64,000 nt of DNA from an uncultured Alphaproteobacteria bacterium (GTDB lineage: Bacteria > Pseudomonadota > Alphaproteobacteria > Sphingomonadales > Sphingomonadaceae): the NCBI GenBank assembly GCA_963781355.1, contig CAWAFP010000009.1:20866-84865 (forward strand), in the 5' to 3' direction. A program made the translations under genes and the position numbers. Positions within the stretch are counted from its first letter, which is position 1, and each line of letters begins with the position of its first letter. Positions 1-10,072 of the stretch are shown here, piece by piece. The notes under the pieces are model-generated. The model saw only the letters and a list, made by a program, of their open reading frames with translations. It was not told where the DNA came from and searched no databases.

Positions 1-310
1 CTATGAAGCGCGAGCCATTGCCGCCCAGCGTTTCCGCCAGCAATCGCCCCTGATCAAAGCCGCCGCCGGCGCCATGCAACACCAGCACAGGCGGTCCTTC
101 GCCCCAGCTGATATATTCGATCTGGCCATGCCGGGTCTCGGCGAGCGAGCGCTCGGCTGCGAGGTTGGACCGGCGCTGTTCGGCGGCGCGGTTGCCAAGG
201 ACAGCGACGGTCGCGGCAAACACCGCAAGCCCGCCGATGATTGCCAAACCGGCGTTCCGCCAACGCCCCATGCGCTGTTTGCCGTCGTTCGAGGATGGGG
301 TGCCGGTCAT
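1..310 (-). CDS. Alpha/beta hydrolase with N-terminal TM anchor, partial (runs off window edge)
   Basis: Translated by hand from ATG 310: MTGTPSSNDGKQRMGRWRNAGLAIIGGLAVF...GQIEYISWGEGPPVLVLHGAGGGFDQG; ATGA overlap with upstream gene. Not in the ORF track. Confidence 0.8.
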   Translation of the reverse strand, partial: MTGTPSSNDGKQRMGRWRNAGLAIIGGLAVFAATVAVLGNRAAEQRRSNLAAERSLAETRHGQIEYISWGEGPPVLVLHGAGGGFDQGRLLAETLGGNGSRFI

Positions 311-834
311 TGGTCGGTGCGACTCACCCGGCTGATGAGCGCGGCCAGATGCTGCCCCCACAATCCGATCCGTTCGCCCAACCCACCAGCGGCAGGAACA
401 GCACCAATCTGCCGCGCCAGCCCAAGCATATCGATGACAACGGTGTGGCGCGCCAGCAAGCCGTTTTCAAACCGCGAAAACTCGGCGGTTTCGAATACGA
501 GCGCCCCGCCAGTGGGGGCAAAGCCCGGCGGCACCAGCGGTCCTGTCATCGTTCCGCTGATCCGCAGCCGCGCCGAAACTCCCGTTCCATCGAGAGCAAG
601 GTAGGGGCCATCGATAAGCTCAATCGTCACATCGGGCAGGGCGCGAAACATCGTCTCGTGATGGAACCGGTACACGGCGTCACGTCCACGCAGCTGCTCC
701 GACGCGGCGGGATCATCCCAGATCACATCAGTGTGACAGAGCGCCGCCACCGCCGCCGCATCGTGCCCATTCACTGCCGCGTGCAGTCGGTTGAGGAAAT
801 CTTGGGCAAAGTTAGCGTCGATGGTTTGTATCAT
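307..834 (-). CDS. SnoaL-like ester cyclase / NTF2-fold protein
   Basis: N.HD...A.L...DV.W.DP....RGRDAV pattern, FRALPD and TMTGP motifs typical of SnoaL-like cyclases. Confidence 0.75.
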   Translation of the reverse strand: MIQTIDANFAQDFLNRLHAAVNGHDAAAVAALCHTDVIWDDPAASEQLRGRDAVYRFHHETMFRALPDVTIELIDGPYLALDGTGVSARLRISGTMTGPLVPPGFAPTGGALVFETAEFSRFENGLLARHTVVIDMLGLARQIGAVPAAGGLGERIGLWGQHLAALISRVSRTDQ

Positions 835-1988
835 CTGGTCTCACCTGCTTCGTTTGTCTGGCCAGTGTCTGGTCTGTGTCCGTTCGTTTCAGCAAGCGGT
901 GTGTTCACGCCGCCATTTGATCCACCCATGACATCCTCCAACAAGATTTGCGTCGCCCGCGCAGGCTCCTCGAACAGCGGGCTGTGCGCGGAATTCTCGA
1001 AGACGTAGAACCGCTTCACTGGCGCGTCGATTGCTTCGAAATACGCGCGGGAAAGCTTGGGATTGGCGGTGTGGTCGTAGCGACCGACGAAGAAATACAC
1101 TGGCAGGGCGAAATCGGTCAGCCGTGTGCTCAGATCGTCCCTCAGCAGATCGTCCCAAAAGAACGGACGCGACCAGAGCTTGCCGCGCCAGACGTTGATC
1201 TTGTCCATCACCGTATAGGCCCGCACCCGCCAGACGGGCAGAAAGATGCCGGTGATGACAGAGTTCATATCGTGGGTATGGCCCACGCCCATGCCATGCA
1301 TGGCGCGATCGCGCAGCCGCATCCATTCAGGCGAGAGACCGTCTTCCATGCTGACCGGTGCGCCTTCCAATCGGCGGACCATGGCGGCGTCGCCGCGCTC
1401 CCGGTAAGCACCGATCAGATAGTCCCGCGCCATGACCTCGGATCGCAGCTGATGCGCGATCTGTGCCATCCCGACATAGGCGAGGAAGCGGTCCGGCGCG
1501 GCGGCGGCGACCTGGATGCCCAGATAGCTGCCCCAGGAATGGCCGAGCAGCAGGATACGGTCCTGCCCGAAGCGCGCGCGCAGGTAATCTGCGACCTCGA
1601 CCGTGTCGGCGATCATCTGTTCCATCGTCATCGTTTCGGGGGGAATGTCGGCGGAGAAAGACATGCCCGCCCCGCGCTGTTCCCACCAGACCATGGTGAA
1701 ATGGCGCTCCAGCCCGGTGGGATAGTCCTGCTCCATGAAGAACTCGGTCATGCCGGGGCCGCCGTGAAGGAACAGCAGCACCGGATTGGCGGGGTCGGCG
1801 CTCTGGATGATCATGCCTTGCGGGATGCCGCCGATTTCGACCGTAACGCGTTCTGAGATGCTGCCCGGGATGACTTGGCCGGCGTCGTCGCGCAACGGTG
1901 CCGGTTGGCCGGGGCTAATGCCGAAGAGCCAGGCAAGATAGGCCAACGAACAGACCGCCGCCAACAGGATCAGCAGAGCCAATATCAT
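831..1988 (-). CDS. Alpha/beta hydrolase (proline iminopeptidase-like) with N-terminal TM/signal
   Basis: HGGPG oxyanion motif, GHSWG nucleophile elbow, FENSAHSP C-terminal His; start set at ATG 1988 (ATGA overlap). Confidence 0.85.
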   Translation of the reverse strand: MILALLILLAAVCSLAYLAWLFGISPGQPAPLRDDAGQVIPGSISERVTVEIGGIPQGMIIQSADPANPVLLFLHGGPGMTEFFMEQDYPTGLERHFTMVWWEQRGAGMSFSADIPPETMTMEQMIADTVEVADYLRARFGQDRILLLGHSWGSYLGIQVAAAAPDRFLAYVGMAQIAHQLRSEVMARDYLIGAYRERGDAAMVRRLEGAPVSMEDGLSPEWMRLRDRAMHGMGVGHTHDMNSVITGIFLPVWRVRAYTVMDKINVWRGKLWSRPFFWDDLLRDDLSTRLTDFALPVYFFVGRYDHTANPKLSRAYFEAIDAPVKRFYVFENSAHSPLFEEPARATQILLEDVMGGSNGGVNTPLAETNGHRPDTGQTNEAGETR

Positions 1989-3429
1989 TCCGTGCTGCCT
2001 ATTGGCCGTTCTGCAAACAGGCTGCTTTCGAGCCTGTCGAGCGTCGCGCGGTCCAGCACCCTCCCACCGGCGATGACGGCCTGAGGGCGGCGCAGCGTCG
2101 CAAGACCCTCCAGCGGATTGGCGGTCAAGCAGCACCAGATCGGCGCGGCGTCCCGGCGCGATTGTGCCATCCTGATCCGCAAGGCCGAAAGAAGCGCGGC
2201 GGGGCCACCGTTGCGGTATACAGCGCCTCGCGCGGGGTCAGGCCGATGGCGACGTAGAGGTCCAGTTCGTCGAGCAGCGAGAAGCCGTGGAAGAGATAGG
2301 GATTGGCGAAGGACGCATCGGTAGAGGCAAGGATCGGCACGCCTGCGTCATGCGCCATCAGGAACGTGCGCCGGTCCAGCGCGATGGTGTCTGCTCGCCA
2401 GCGCGCGCACCTCGTCGGTCATCGCTTCCAGCCGGAAATCCGGCTTGCCCCAGGCCTCGCGCACCTGCGCCGGGATCATCTGCATTCGCGGCGTGTCAGG
2501 GGCGGGCCAGTTGCCGAGATAGAAATCGGCAACAACGAGCGTCGGGCTGACATGCATCCGCGCTGTCGGCCATCCGTTGCAGCATCGTCTCGCACAAGGC
2601 TTCGTCCCATGTCTCAAGGATGATGCGGTTGCGCGACGCCATGATCGCGAAGATCTGCGCCTGCTCCGCGCCCTCGGCCATGACCGCGCGCAATTCGTCC
2701 AGCATGGCGTCCTCGGCGGTCGAACAGGCCATCGGAATGCGCCCGAAATGCTCCATTCCGTCCTGGCCCGCCGCGATGGCCGTGCCGAGCGCCACCCGTT
2801 CGGGGATATGTCCGACGAAGGGCAATCCGGCCTCGCGGGCGGCCTCAGCCAGGGCGAGATAGGTCGGCTCGATCCAGCATCGAATAGGCTTTCACTCCGG
2901 CCCAGCCTTCGACAGCGATCCGCGCCACGACCTCGCGCGCGCCCTCAGGCGTGTCGGCAAGGAACATGCCCGGCCACGATCCGGGCGAGGCATCGACCCA
3001 CGCGCCCGACAGCACGAGACGCGGGCCAGGCACCTCGCCCGCCTCGATCCGCGCCTGCAACGCCTGCTGGTCGGCGATGGGCCACAGCGCGCCCATGTCG
3101 CGGATGCCGGTCACCCCGTTGATGAGGTAGAGCGGCAGCGCGGTGTCGGGCTCGGTTGCGGATGAGAAGATGTGCACGTGGCTGTCCCACAGGCCGGGGA
3201 TCAGATATCCGCCCGCACCGTCAATGCGCGTCGTGTTGGCGTCCGCAGTGATCTCAGGCCCGACCGCAACGATGTGACCATCGCGGATCAGGACGGACTG
3301 GTCCGGCGTGAGCGTCCCCTCGGTCACATCGACGATGGTCACGTCTGAAATCAGCGTATCAGATTGGGCGTGTGCCTGCGCGCCGGTCGCGATGGCGACT
3401 GCGATGAGGGCCTGAAAAGCGTGGCTCAT
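1985..3429 (-). pseudogene. Secreted metal-dependent amidohydrolase, five +1 frameshifts (pseudogene or sequencing error)
   Basis: Signal peptide, PGLWDSHVH metal motif, GHIP, EHF, STDA, G.IAPGRRADLVLLDANPL. Frame restored by removing one base near 2870, 2565, 2395, 2190 and 2125. Confidence 0.75.
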
Positions 3430-4436
3430 GGCTGTGTAACCCGCAGGACGAGTTTTCCCGCGACCTCGCCCGCTTCGACCTGTTCATGCGCGCGCCGCAC
3501 CTCTGCCAGCGGCAGTACTTCTGCGACGACGGGAGCGATCCGGCCCTCTGCCAGCATCGCAAGAAGCTTGGCCAGATCCTCGCGGAACCACTCGGGGTGT
3601 GCCCTCCGCATCGCACCGATGGAATAGAACGAGGTAGCGTGCCCGTTCGGCAACCAGTCCCAGACCTTGAGCTTCACGAAATCGAGCGGGATTGACCCGC
3701 CACGCCCCAGCACCTCGTTCTGGAAACCGAACGCCACCAGCATCCCACCGGGCTTCAATGCATGGAGCGAGCGTGACAGGCTCCCACCACCCAGCGGATC
3801 GAACACCGCATCGACCCCGCCGCCAGTCGCCTCAAGCAGCGCCGTATCGGCGGCATCGGCGTCGATGGGCGTCGCGCCAAGGCTGCGGATCAGATCATGC
3901 TTTTCCGCCACATCCGTGCCGAAGGCTGCGATCCCCGCATCGCGCGCCAGTTGCAGCATCGCCGTGCCGACCGCGCCGCCTGCACCGTGGATCAGCAGAC
4001 TCTGGCCCGCCTGCAATTTCGCGACGCGGTGGAGCATCTGATAAGGCGTGACCGCCGACAAGATCATGCCGAGCGCATCCACGTCAGATACCCCTGCGGG
4101 CACGGGCGTTAGCCGGTCTTGGGGCAGGCAGAGGTACTCGGCATAGGCCCCGATCGTAGTAAGGTCCGCCACCCGGTCGCCGATCACGAACCGCGTTGCC
4201 CCCGCGCCTGCAGCATCGACGATCCCGACCATGTCATAGCCAAGTGTAAGCGGCGGCTTCTCCTTCACATCGGGATACATGCCCTTGCGGATCATCACGT
4301 CGGTGAAGGCCGCGCTGGTCACCAGCACCCGCACGCGCACTTCGCCCGGATCGGGTTCGGGCAGGTCAGCGACGGTTTCGAGTTCAAGTTCCTCAGGGCC
4401 GCCAAAGGCATTCAATCGTACTCTGGTGTAGGGCAT
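3426..4436 (-). CDS. Medium-chain dehydrogenase/reductase (quinone oxidoreductase-like)
   Basis: PEPDPGEVRVRV, LGYDMVGIV, IHGAGGAVG Rossmann motif, AHEQVEAGEVAGKLVL C-terminus. Confidence 0.9.
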   Translation of the reverse strand: MPYTRVRLNAFGGPEELELETVADLPEPDPGEVRVRVLVTSAAFTDVMIRKGMYPDVKEKPPLTLGYDMVGIVDAAGAGATRFVIGDRVADLTTIGAYAEYLCLPQDRLTPVPAGVSDVDALGMILSAVTPYQMLHRVAKLQAGQSLLIHGAGGAVGTAMLQLARDAGIAAFGTDVAEKHDLIRSLGATPIDADAADTALLEATGGGVDAVFDPLGGGSLSRSLHALKPGGMLVAFGFQNEVLGRGGSIPLDFVKLKVWDWLPNGHATSFYSIGAMRRAHPEWFREDLAKLLAMLAEGRIAPVVAEVLPLAEVRRAHEQVEAGEVAGKLVLRVTQP

Positions 4437-4473
4437 GAGGCTTGTCCTTTGTTGCTCGCGTTCGGGGGTGGGT

Positions 4474-5322
4474 CTATCTCGCTTCGTATTGGGTCAGACG
4501 CATATGGCCGTAAGTGAACGGTCCCTCGCGCAGATGCCAGATGGCTTCGCCTTCGCTCGCCAGTCGCCAGCCATCGAAATCGCGGTATTGGCCGAGCGGC
4601 GTGTTCCAGCGCGCCAGGCGCAAGCTGCCGTCCTTTTCCAGCATGCCTCGGTCTTCGGATAGGAAATCGACCAGCTCTCCGGTCTCATTGAAGATCAGTT
4701 CCGCCGAAACGGTGTTGGCGCCCAATGTGAAGGCGACTTTCGCGCGCCGCTCATCCATTGCGATCCAGCGGAGGCGCGGGTCAATCAGCCGCGACGGTGC
4801 GAAAAACGCCAGATCGTTGAGGATCGTGACAGTTTCGGTCCGGGTCAGCTCCGGCCCGGCGATATCGACAACATTGGCCAATCCCGCGAGCCGCACGCGC
4901 ATCCTCGCCTGATCGCGGTTGAAATCATGCAAGACTGCCACCGGCATGCCCTTCATTCTCGTTTTCATGAAGAACAGGCGGTCTGGCGTATCGAAGCGTT
5001 CGTACTGGAGGACCGGCCCGGCCATGCCGGGCGCGCCGGGTGCATCGTACATCATGGCATCGAAATGCATGACGATCTCGGTCACCACCGGACGGCCGAT
5101 CGAACCTGTGAGCGCGATGTAACGCCGAACCGGATCGGGCAGATGTTCCAGATCATCGTCGGTCAGCACATGCGGTTTGGAAAGCGGCACGGCTGACGCT
5201 GCGGATCTGCGCTGGTCGAACGCCCGCGAAAGGCTAGACGACCAAGCGTACAGCCCGACAGCGACACCAGCCAACAGCCCCGGACCCAGCATCCACATGA
5301 TTGTTTTGCTCCTCCTTCGCAC
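4474..5322 (-). CDS. DUF6544-like membrane-anchored protein
   Basis: N-terminal TM; LPDPVRRY, ETVTILNDLAFFAPSRL and F.SEDR motifs recalled for this family. Confidence 0.65.
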   Translation of the reverse strand: MRRRSKTIMWMLGPGLLAGVAVGLYAWSSSLSRAFDQRRSAASAVPLSKPHVLTDDDLEHLPDPVRRYIALTGSIGRPVVTEIVMHFDAMMYDAPGAPGMAGPVLQYERFDTPDRLFFMKTRMKGMPVAVLHDFNRDQARMRVRLAGLANVVDIAGPELTRTETVTILNDLAFFAPSRLIDPRLRWIAMDERRAKVAFTLGANTVSAELIFNETGELVDFLSEDRGMLEKDGSLRLARWNTPLGQYRDFDGWRLASEGEAIWHLREGPFTYGHMRLTQYEAR

Positions 5323-5494
5323 CTCGTCTCAGACCAGCACGGCGCTCGCCGGTCGCCTGATCGATAGTGGCATCTGCACCGGCAACGCCCGTCGGGCATA
5401 CTTAGATAACTCGCGAATTCGATGCGGTTCACCTCCGAATCCGAACCTTCGAACTAATTGAGTGTAGATCATCGTAATGGCTCAAACGGATACG

Positions 5495-5546
5495 TAATTG
5501 ACCGAGATCAATTAGTCCGGGGAAATGCCAGTGTATTACACACTGG
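5495..5546. promoter_or_regulatory. Two palindromic operator-like sites in a divergent promoter region
   Basis: TAATTGA-N6-TCAATTA (5495-5514) and CCAGTGT-N5-ACACTGG (5528-5546). Confidence 0.45.
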
Positions 5547-5558
5547 AAGGAAGCTAAA

Positions 5559-6326
5559 ATGACATTGCTCGATCTTTCGACAATCGGTTTGCAGATTGTT
5601 CTGCCGCTCGTCTTTATCGCTTGGGTTGCGGTCTTTCCCGCCCGAAGCCGCATTGGGTTCATCGTCCAGGGACTCGGGACTGTAGCGGTGTTGCTTGCGC
5701 TGTTGCTGGTTGCCGTTTGGATGATCCCGCCTTGGTGGGTTCCCTACGGCTACCTTGGTCTTTTGGTCGCCGCAGTGCTTTGGCGGATTCGTAAGGATGG
5801 CTTGCCTGACAGGTGGTGGCCGCAAACTTGGCGAGCACGGTTATCGGCGATATTGATCGGTGCGCTTGGGGTTTGGGGTGCTACGGTGACGGTTGATGCC
5901 CTGCACGGTCGCGAGCCGCCGCCGGATGCGAGTATTGTCGATCTCGCATTCCCGCTTGGTCCTGGCACATATCTGGTGGCAAGCGGCGGCGCGAACGTCC
6001 GCGTCAATGGCCATTTCGTGACGCTCAATCCCAAGACAGACCGCCAGCGCGCCTATCGCGGCCAGTCCTATGCCGTTGATCTCATCAAGATCGGCCAATG
6101 GGGCCTTAGGACGTCAGGCTGGAGGCCGTCCGATCCAGCTGCCTACGCGATCTTTGGCGAGCCGGTTCTCGCACCCTGTGATGGCGAGGTGCTCAGCGCC
6201 GCCGACGGAATGCCTGATATGCAGGTTCCCGTAACTCTCGGGACGTTAGCCGTCGTTCGCAACCGGCATTTTGATTGGCCGGTTTTACCAGAAGCCGACA
6301 TTTTGAAACTGCCCCACAAGCTGTGA
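5559..6326 (+). pseudogene. Membrane-bound M23-family peptidase, truncated before the catalytic C-terminal half
   Basis: TM segments, YAVDL, FGEPVLAPCDGEV..A.DG.PD; similarity stops at QVPVT (~6235), no HxH motif follows. Confidence 0.65.
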
Positions 6327-6513
6327 AAAGTATATGCGGCACCGCTCGGCGTGTCGCCGCAACTTTGGTCAGGCCCAAAATCTGCAGAGATTGGGCAGTC
6401 CAAACGCTGCTGGCGCTATGATGACGCTCATTGACCTTCATATTCACCGATGGTTCAAGCCCATCACGGCAATTGTGCGCCACGATAGCAAAGTGTCAAA
6501 GGAATCCCAGAGC

Positions 6514-6813
6514 ATGAAACAGCATAGAATTCGCGGTATTGCTCTGGGTCTAAGCGCGATTATCATGTCGGTTGCCATGTCCGGTCCGGCCATAGCTGCA
6601 CCCAATCCCGGCAAGAAGGCATGCGTGAAAGAAGCGCGCACCCTTTGCCCGGCCGAAATGAAATCGCTGAGCCGGAAGAAGGTGGAGGCTTGCATGATCA
6701 GGAACATCGAAAAGACGTCTCCCACCTGCAAGTCTGCGATGCTCCAGATCAAGGCCGAGCGTGAAACGACGGCTCGGCGTCTAGCTAATGGTCAGGCCGC
6801 GACGTCGGAATAG
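6514..6813 (+). CDS. Small secreted cysteine-rich protein
   Basis: Signal peptide (..SGPAIA/A), four Cys: KACVKEARTLCP...EACMIRNIEKTSPTC. Confidence 0.6.
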   Translation: MKQHRIRGIALGLSAIIMSVAMSGPAIAAPNPGKKACVKEARTLCPAEMKSLSRKKVEACMIRNIEKTSPTCKSAMLQIKAERETTARRLANGQAATSE

Positions 6814-7286
6814 GCGGCATTCTCCGCGCGTATGCGAACCCACAGCATTGCGGCATTGAGAGCGGAATATAGCACCGCCACCCAAACGAGGCCGAACATC
6901 AGCGGCAGCACCGCAATTTCAGCGATCACGACGAAATAGTTGGGATGCCGCATGAACCGAAACGGGCCGCCCGTGATCAGCGGTTCGTCTTTCGGAACAA
7001 TGATGCGCGTCGTCCAGCGCCGCCCCAGTGTCGCCAGCACCCATACTCGCATGGCTTGCAGGACGGCAAATATCGCAAGCAACGCCATGTTGACCGGCGC
7101 GCCGCCGACGGTGGCCCATAAAACGGCCAGCCACGATGCGTGCATCAGCACCATGACCGGGTAGTGCGATCGTCCGAATTCGACCGCGCCGCCCGCCAGC
7201 AGCGCTTTTGTGTTCTTCTTCGCGATGATCAATTCGGATATCCGCTGAAGCGTGACGAAAAGCATGATCGCATAGGGCAGGGTCAT
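6792..7286 (-). CDS. Isoprenylcysteine carboxyl methyltransferase family protein (SrsB/BpsB-like)
   Basis: LG.RWTTRIIV and GPFRFMRHPNY motifs; coupled to PKS. Confidence 0.9.
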   Translation of the reverse strand: MTLPYAIMLFVTLQRISELIIAKKNTKALLAGGAVEFGRSHYPVMVLMHASWLAVLWATVGGAPVNMALLAIFAVLQAMRVWVLATLGRRWTTRIIVPKDEPLITGGPFRFMRHPNYFVVIAEIAVLPLMFGLVWVAVLYSALNAAMLWVRIRAENAAYSDVAA

Positions 7287-8332
7287 GTCGGGCTCCGCAA
7301 GGTTACCGTGCTGGCCGTAAAGCCGGGGCCGAGCGCGGCCATCACCGACAACGGCGGAAGCCCGCTCTTGCGCACGCGATCAAGCACGAACAGGGCGGTG
7401 GGAGCGGACATATTGCCGTGCAATCGCAGAACTTCGCGTTCGTCATTGAGGGATCCCTGCGGCAAGGCGAGTGCAGTCTCGATCGCATCGACGACTTTCG
7501 CGCCGCCGGGATGGCAGATGAAGCGATCAACCTGATCGATCTGCACATCTTGCGGGGTCAGCATCCCTTCGATGGCCCCGCGAAATTCCTTCCGAGCGAA
7601 GGCGGGTATGGCTCGGTTGAGGACGACGCCCAATCCGGCCGGCTCCATCTGCCAACCCATGATGTCCAGCGTGTCGGGCCAAGTCTTTTCGGCGCTCCCG
7701 GCGATCTGCGTGAAACCTTCGTCGCCAGGCCGAATTACACAAGCTGCGGCGCCGTCACCGAACAACGCGGTCGAGACGACATCTGCCTTGCCAACATTCT
7801 CAGTCCTGAGCGCAAGGCTGCACAGTTCAACCGTGACGAACAACACCGTGGCGCCGTTGCCGACCCGCGCGAGTTTCGCAGCGAGGCCGATGCCCGAAAC
7901 ACCGCCGGCACAGCCGAGGCCGAACACCGGAATTCTCGAAACATCGCTCCGGAATCCCATCCGGCCCATGGCACGCGCTTCCAGACTCGGCGTAGCTATG
8001 CCAGTGGAGGAGACGGTGACGATAACATCCACGTCCTCCGCCCCAATCCCTGCCTCGGCCAACGCCTTCTCCGCTGCTTCGACAAACAGATTGAGCGCTA
8101 CCTCCAGGTAGACCTCTGTCCGTTCGACGATGCTTCGGGGCTGCATATACCAAGCGACGGGGCGGGCCAGTTGGCGAAATTCGATCCCCGCATTGCCATA
8201 AATGGACCGCAGCCTTCCGAAATCCTCGAAGGCCCCGCCCAGCAACTGTTCCGCGACCTGCGCACCCGTCGTTTGATCAAGAATATTGAGCGGCGTCGCC
8301 ATAGCGAGCGAGTGCATGCTTACCGGAATCAT
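7283..8332 (-). CDS. Type III polyketide synthase (chalcone/stilbene synthase family)
   Basis: Catalytic triad GLGCAGG, HPGG, HGNMS; GFTAS tail; RBS GAGG before ATG 8332. Confidence 0.93.
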   Translation of the reverse strand: MIPVSMHSLAMATPLNILDQTTGAQVAEQLLGGAFEDFGRLRSIYGNAGIEFRQLARPVAWYMQPRSIVERTEVYLEVALNLFVEAAEKALAEAGIGAEDVDVIVTVSSTGIATPSLEARAMGRMGFRSDVSRIPVFGLGCAGGVSGIGLAAKLARVGNGATVLFVTVELCSLALRTENVGKADVVSTALFGDGAAACVIRPGDEGFTQIAGSAEKTWPDTLDIMGWQMEPAGLGVVLNRAIPAFARKEFRGAIEGMLTPQDVQIDQVDRFICHPGGAKVVDAIETALALPQGSLNDEREVLRLHGNMSAPTALFVLDRVRKSGLPPLSVMAALGPGFTASTVTLRSPT

Positions 8333-8494
8333 CAAGGGAGCCTCACATCGGCCGAATGACCGGCAATCTGGATTCAGTATTGAAAATGAACGGCACCATT
8401 TAAGCATGGTTCCGAAAACGAATACGAAGCTGGCCCGCGAGCGGTTGCCAGTTTCCTTTAGTCAAGACCGAGCTCTTGGGCTACCAGACATCCG

Positions 8495-10072
8495 ATGAAC
8501 AGTAGCGAAATACCCGAGGCAAGTCTGCGGACTTGGGCCGGTTTCATTTTTATGTGCATCGGCATGTTCATGGCGATCCTCGATATCCAGATCGTTGCGA
8601 CATCCTTGCCCACAATCCAAGGCGCGCTGGACATCGGCACTGACCAGATGATCTGGATCCAGACCGCCTACCTCACGGCCGAGATAGTGGCGATCCCACT
8701 GACAGGTTTCCTGACTGCCAGACTGGGAATGCGCTGGCTGTTCGTCACGGCGGTTTCAGTGTTCACCGTTGCATCGATAGGCTGCGCGGAGAGCCAGACA
8801 TTCGCGTCGCTGATCGTATGGCGGATTGTCCAGGGGTTTGCCGGCGGCACTTTGATCCCGGCGGTGTTTTCCGCCGTGTTTTTGCTGTTTCCGGTGCGTT
8901 CGCAGGGAATTGCCACAACCATCGCCGGGGTCGCAGCAGTTTTCGCGCCTACAGTCGGCCCCATCGTCGGGGGCTGGATCACCGAAACATATTCGTGGCA
9001 CTGGCTGTTCCGGATCAACATCGTGCCCGGCATACTGGCGGCCATCGGAGCTACACTTACTCTGCGCGGTTCGACAAGCAACATGCGCTCGGCGCGGTCG
9101 GTTGACGCGGTCGCACTGACCCTTCTGGCCGTAGGACTGACTGCCCTTCAGATCGGCCTAAAAGATGCGCCGACGATCGGTTGGCTCTCTCCGACAGTAG
9201 CATCCTTGTTGCTGGGCTTTGCCGTGTGCTCGGCTTGGTTCATCTGGCGAACGGTTCAGTCGTCCGATCCATTGGTCGAATTGCGTTGCTTCAAGGATCG
9301 CAACTTCGCCATCGGCTGCGCCTTGAGCTTCATTCTTGGAGTGGGGCTGTTCGGCTCGACCTATCTCATGCCTTTCTTTCTTGGGCTTGTGCGCGAACAT
9401 GACGCGCTTCGCATAGGCGAGATCATGCTCGTCACCGGGATCGCCCAGCTCATCGCCGCGCCCGTGGCCGTCTATCTCGAACAGCGCGTCGGCGCGCGGT
9501 CTCTTACCGTGTTCGGCTTTGCCCTGTTTGCGATAGGTTTGCTGATGAGCACGACGCAGACCGCCGAGACCGATTTTGCGGAGATGTTTCTCCCGCAGGT
9601 CTTGCGGGGTGTGGCGATCATGTTCTGTCTGCTTCCGCCCACGCGGATGGCATTAGGGCGGTTGGCGCCCGAGTTGGTGGCGGACGGGAGCGGCCTGTTC
9701 AATCTCATGCGCAACCTAGGCGGGGCGATCGGCCTGGCGTTGATTGACACCACAATTTTCAGTCGCGCTGCGACCTATGGTTCGGCAATCGTCGAACAAT
9801 TGAAAGCCGGAAACATTGAAACGGCTGTCCGGATCGGCATACCGCGCGAGGCTTTCATCGAACAGATCGGCGTTCCCCCCGATGAGTTTACAGAGGAACT
9901 GATCCGTCCCCTCGTGGAAAAACAAGCCTTGGTCGAAGCAATCAACGATGCCTGGATGCTGATCGGGGTGCTGACGGCCTTGGCGGTGATCCTCGTGCTT
10001 TTTGTTCGGCGCATTCCCCTCGACACGCCGGTCGAGGAGGCGGCCCAAGGCTCTCCATCTCCGCAGCATTGA
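8495..10072 (+). CDS. DHA2-family (EmrB/QacA) 14-TM MFS efflux permease
   Basis: MAILDIQIV, GPIVGGWITETYSWHWLFRIN, GLFNLMRNLGGAIG motifs. Confidence 0.93.
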   Translation: MNSSEIPEASLRTWAGFIFMCIGMFMAILDIQIVATSLPTIQGALDIGTDQMIWIQTAYLTAEIVAIPLTGFLTARLGMRWLFVTAVSVFTVASIGCAESQTFASLIVWRIVQGFAGGTLIPAVFSAVFLLFPVRSQGIATTIAGVAAVFAPTVGPIVGGWITETYSWHWLFRINIVPGILAAIGATLTLRGSTSNMRSARSVDAVALTLLAVGLTALQIGLKDAPTIGWLSPTVASLLLGFAVCSAWFIWRTVQSSDPLVELRCFKDRNFAIGCALSFILGVGLFGSTYLMPFFLGLVREHDALRIGEIMLVTGIAQLIAAPVAVYLEQRVGARSLTVFGFALFAIGLLMSTTQTAETDFAEMFLPQVLRGVAIMFCLLPPTRMALGRLAPELVADGSGLFNLMRNLGGAIGLALIDTTIFSRAATYGSAIVEQLKAGNIETAVRIGIPREAFIEQIGVPPDEFTEELIRPLVEKQALVEAINDAWMLIGVLTALAVILVLFVRRIPLDTPVEEAAQGSPSPQH

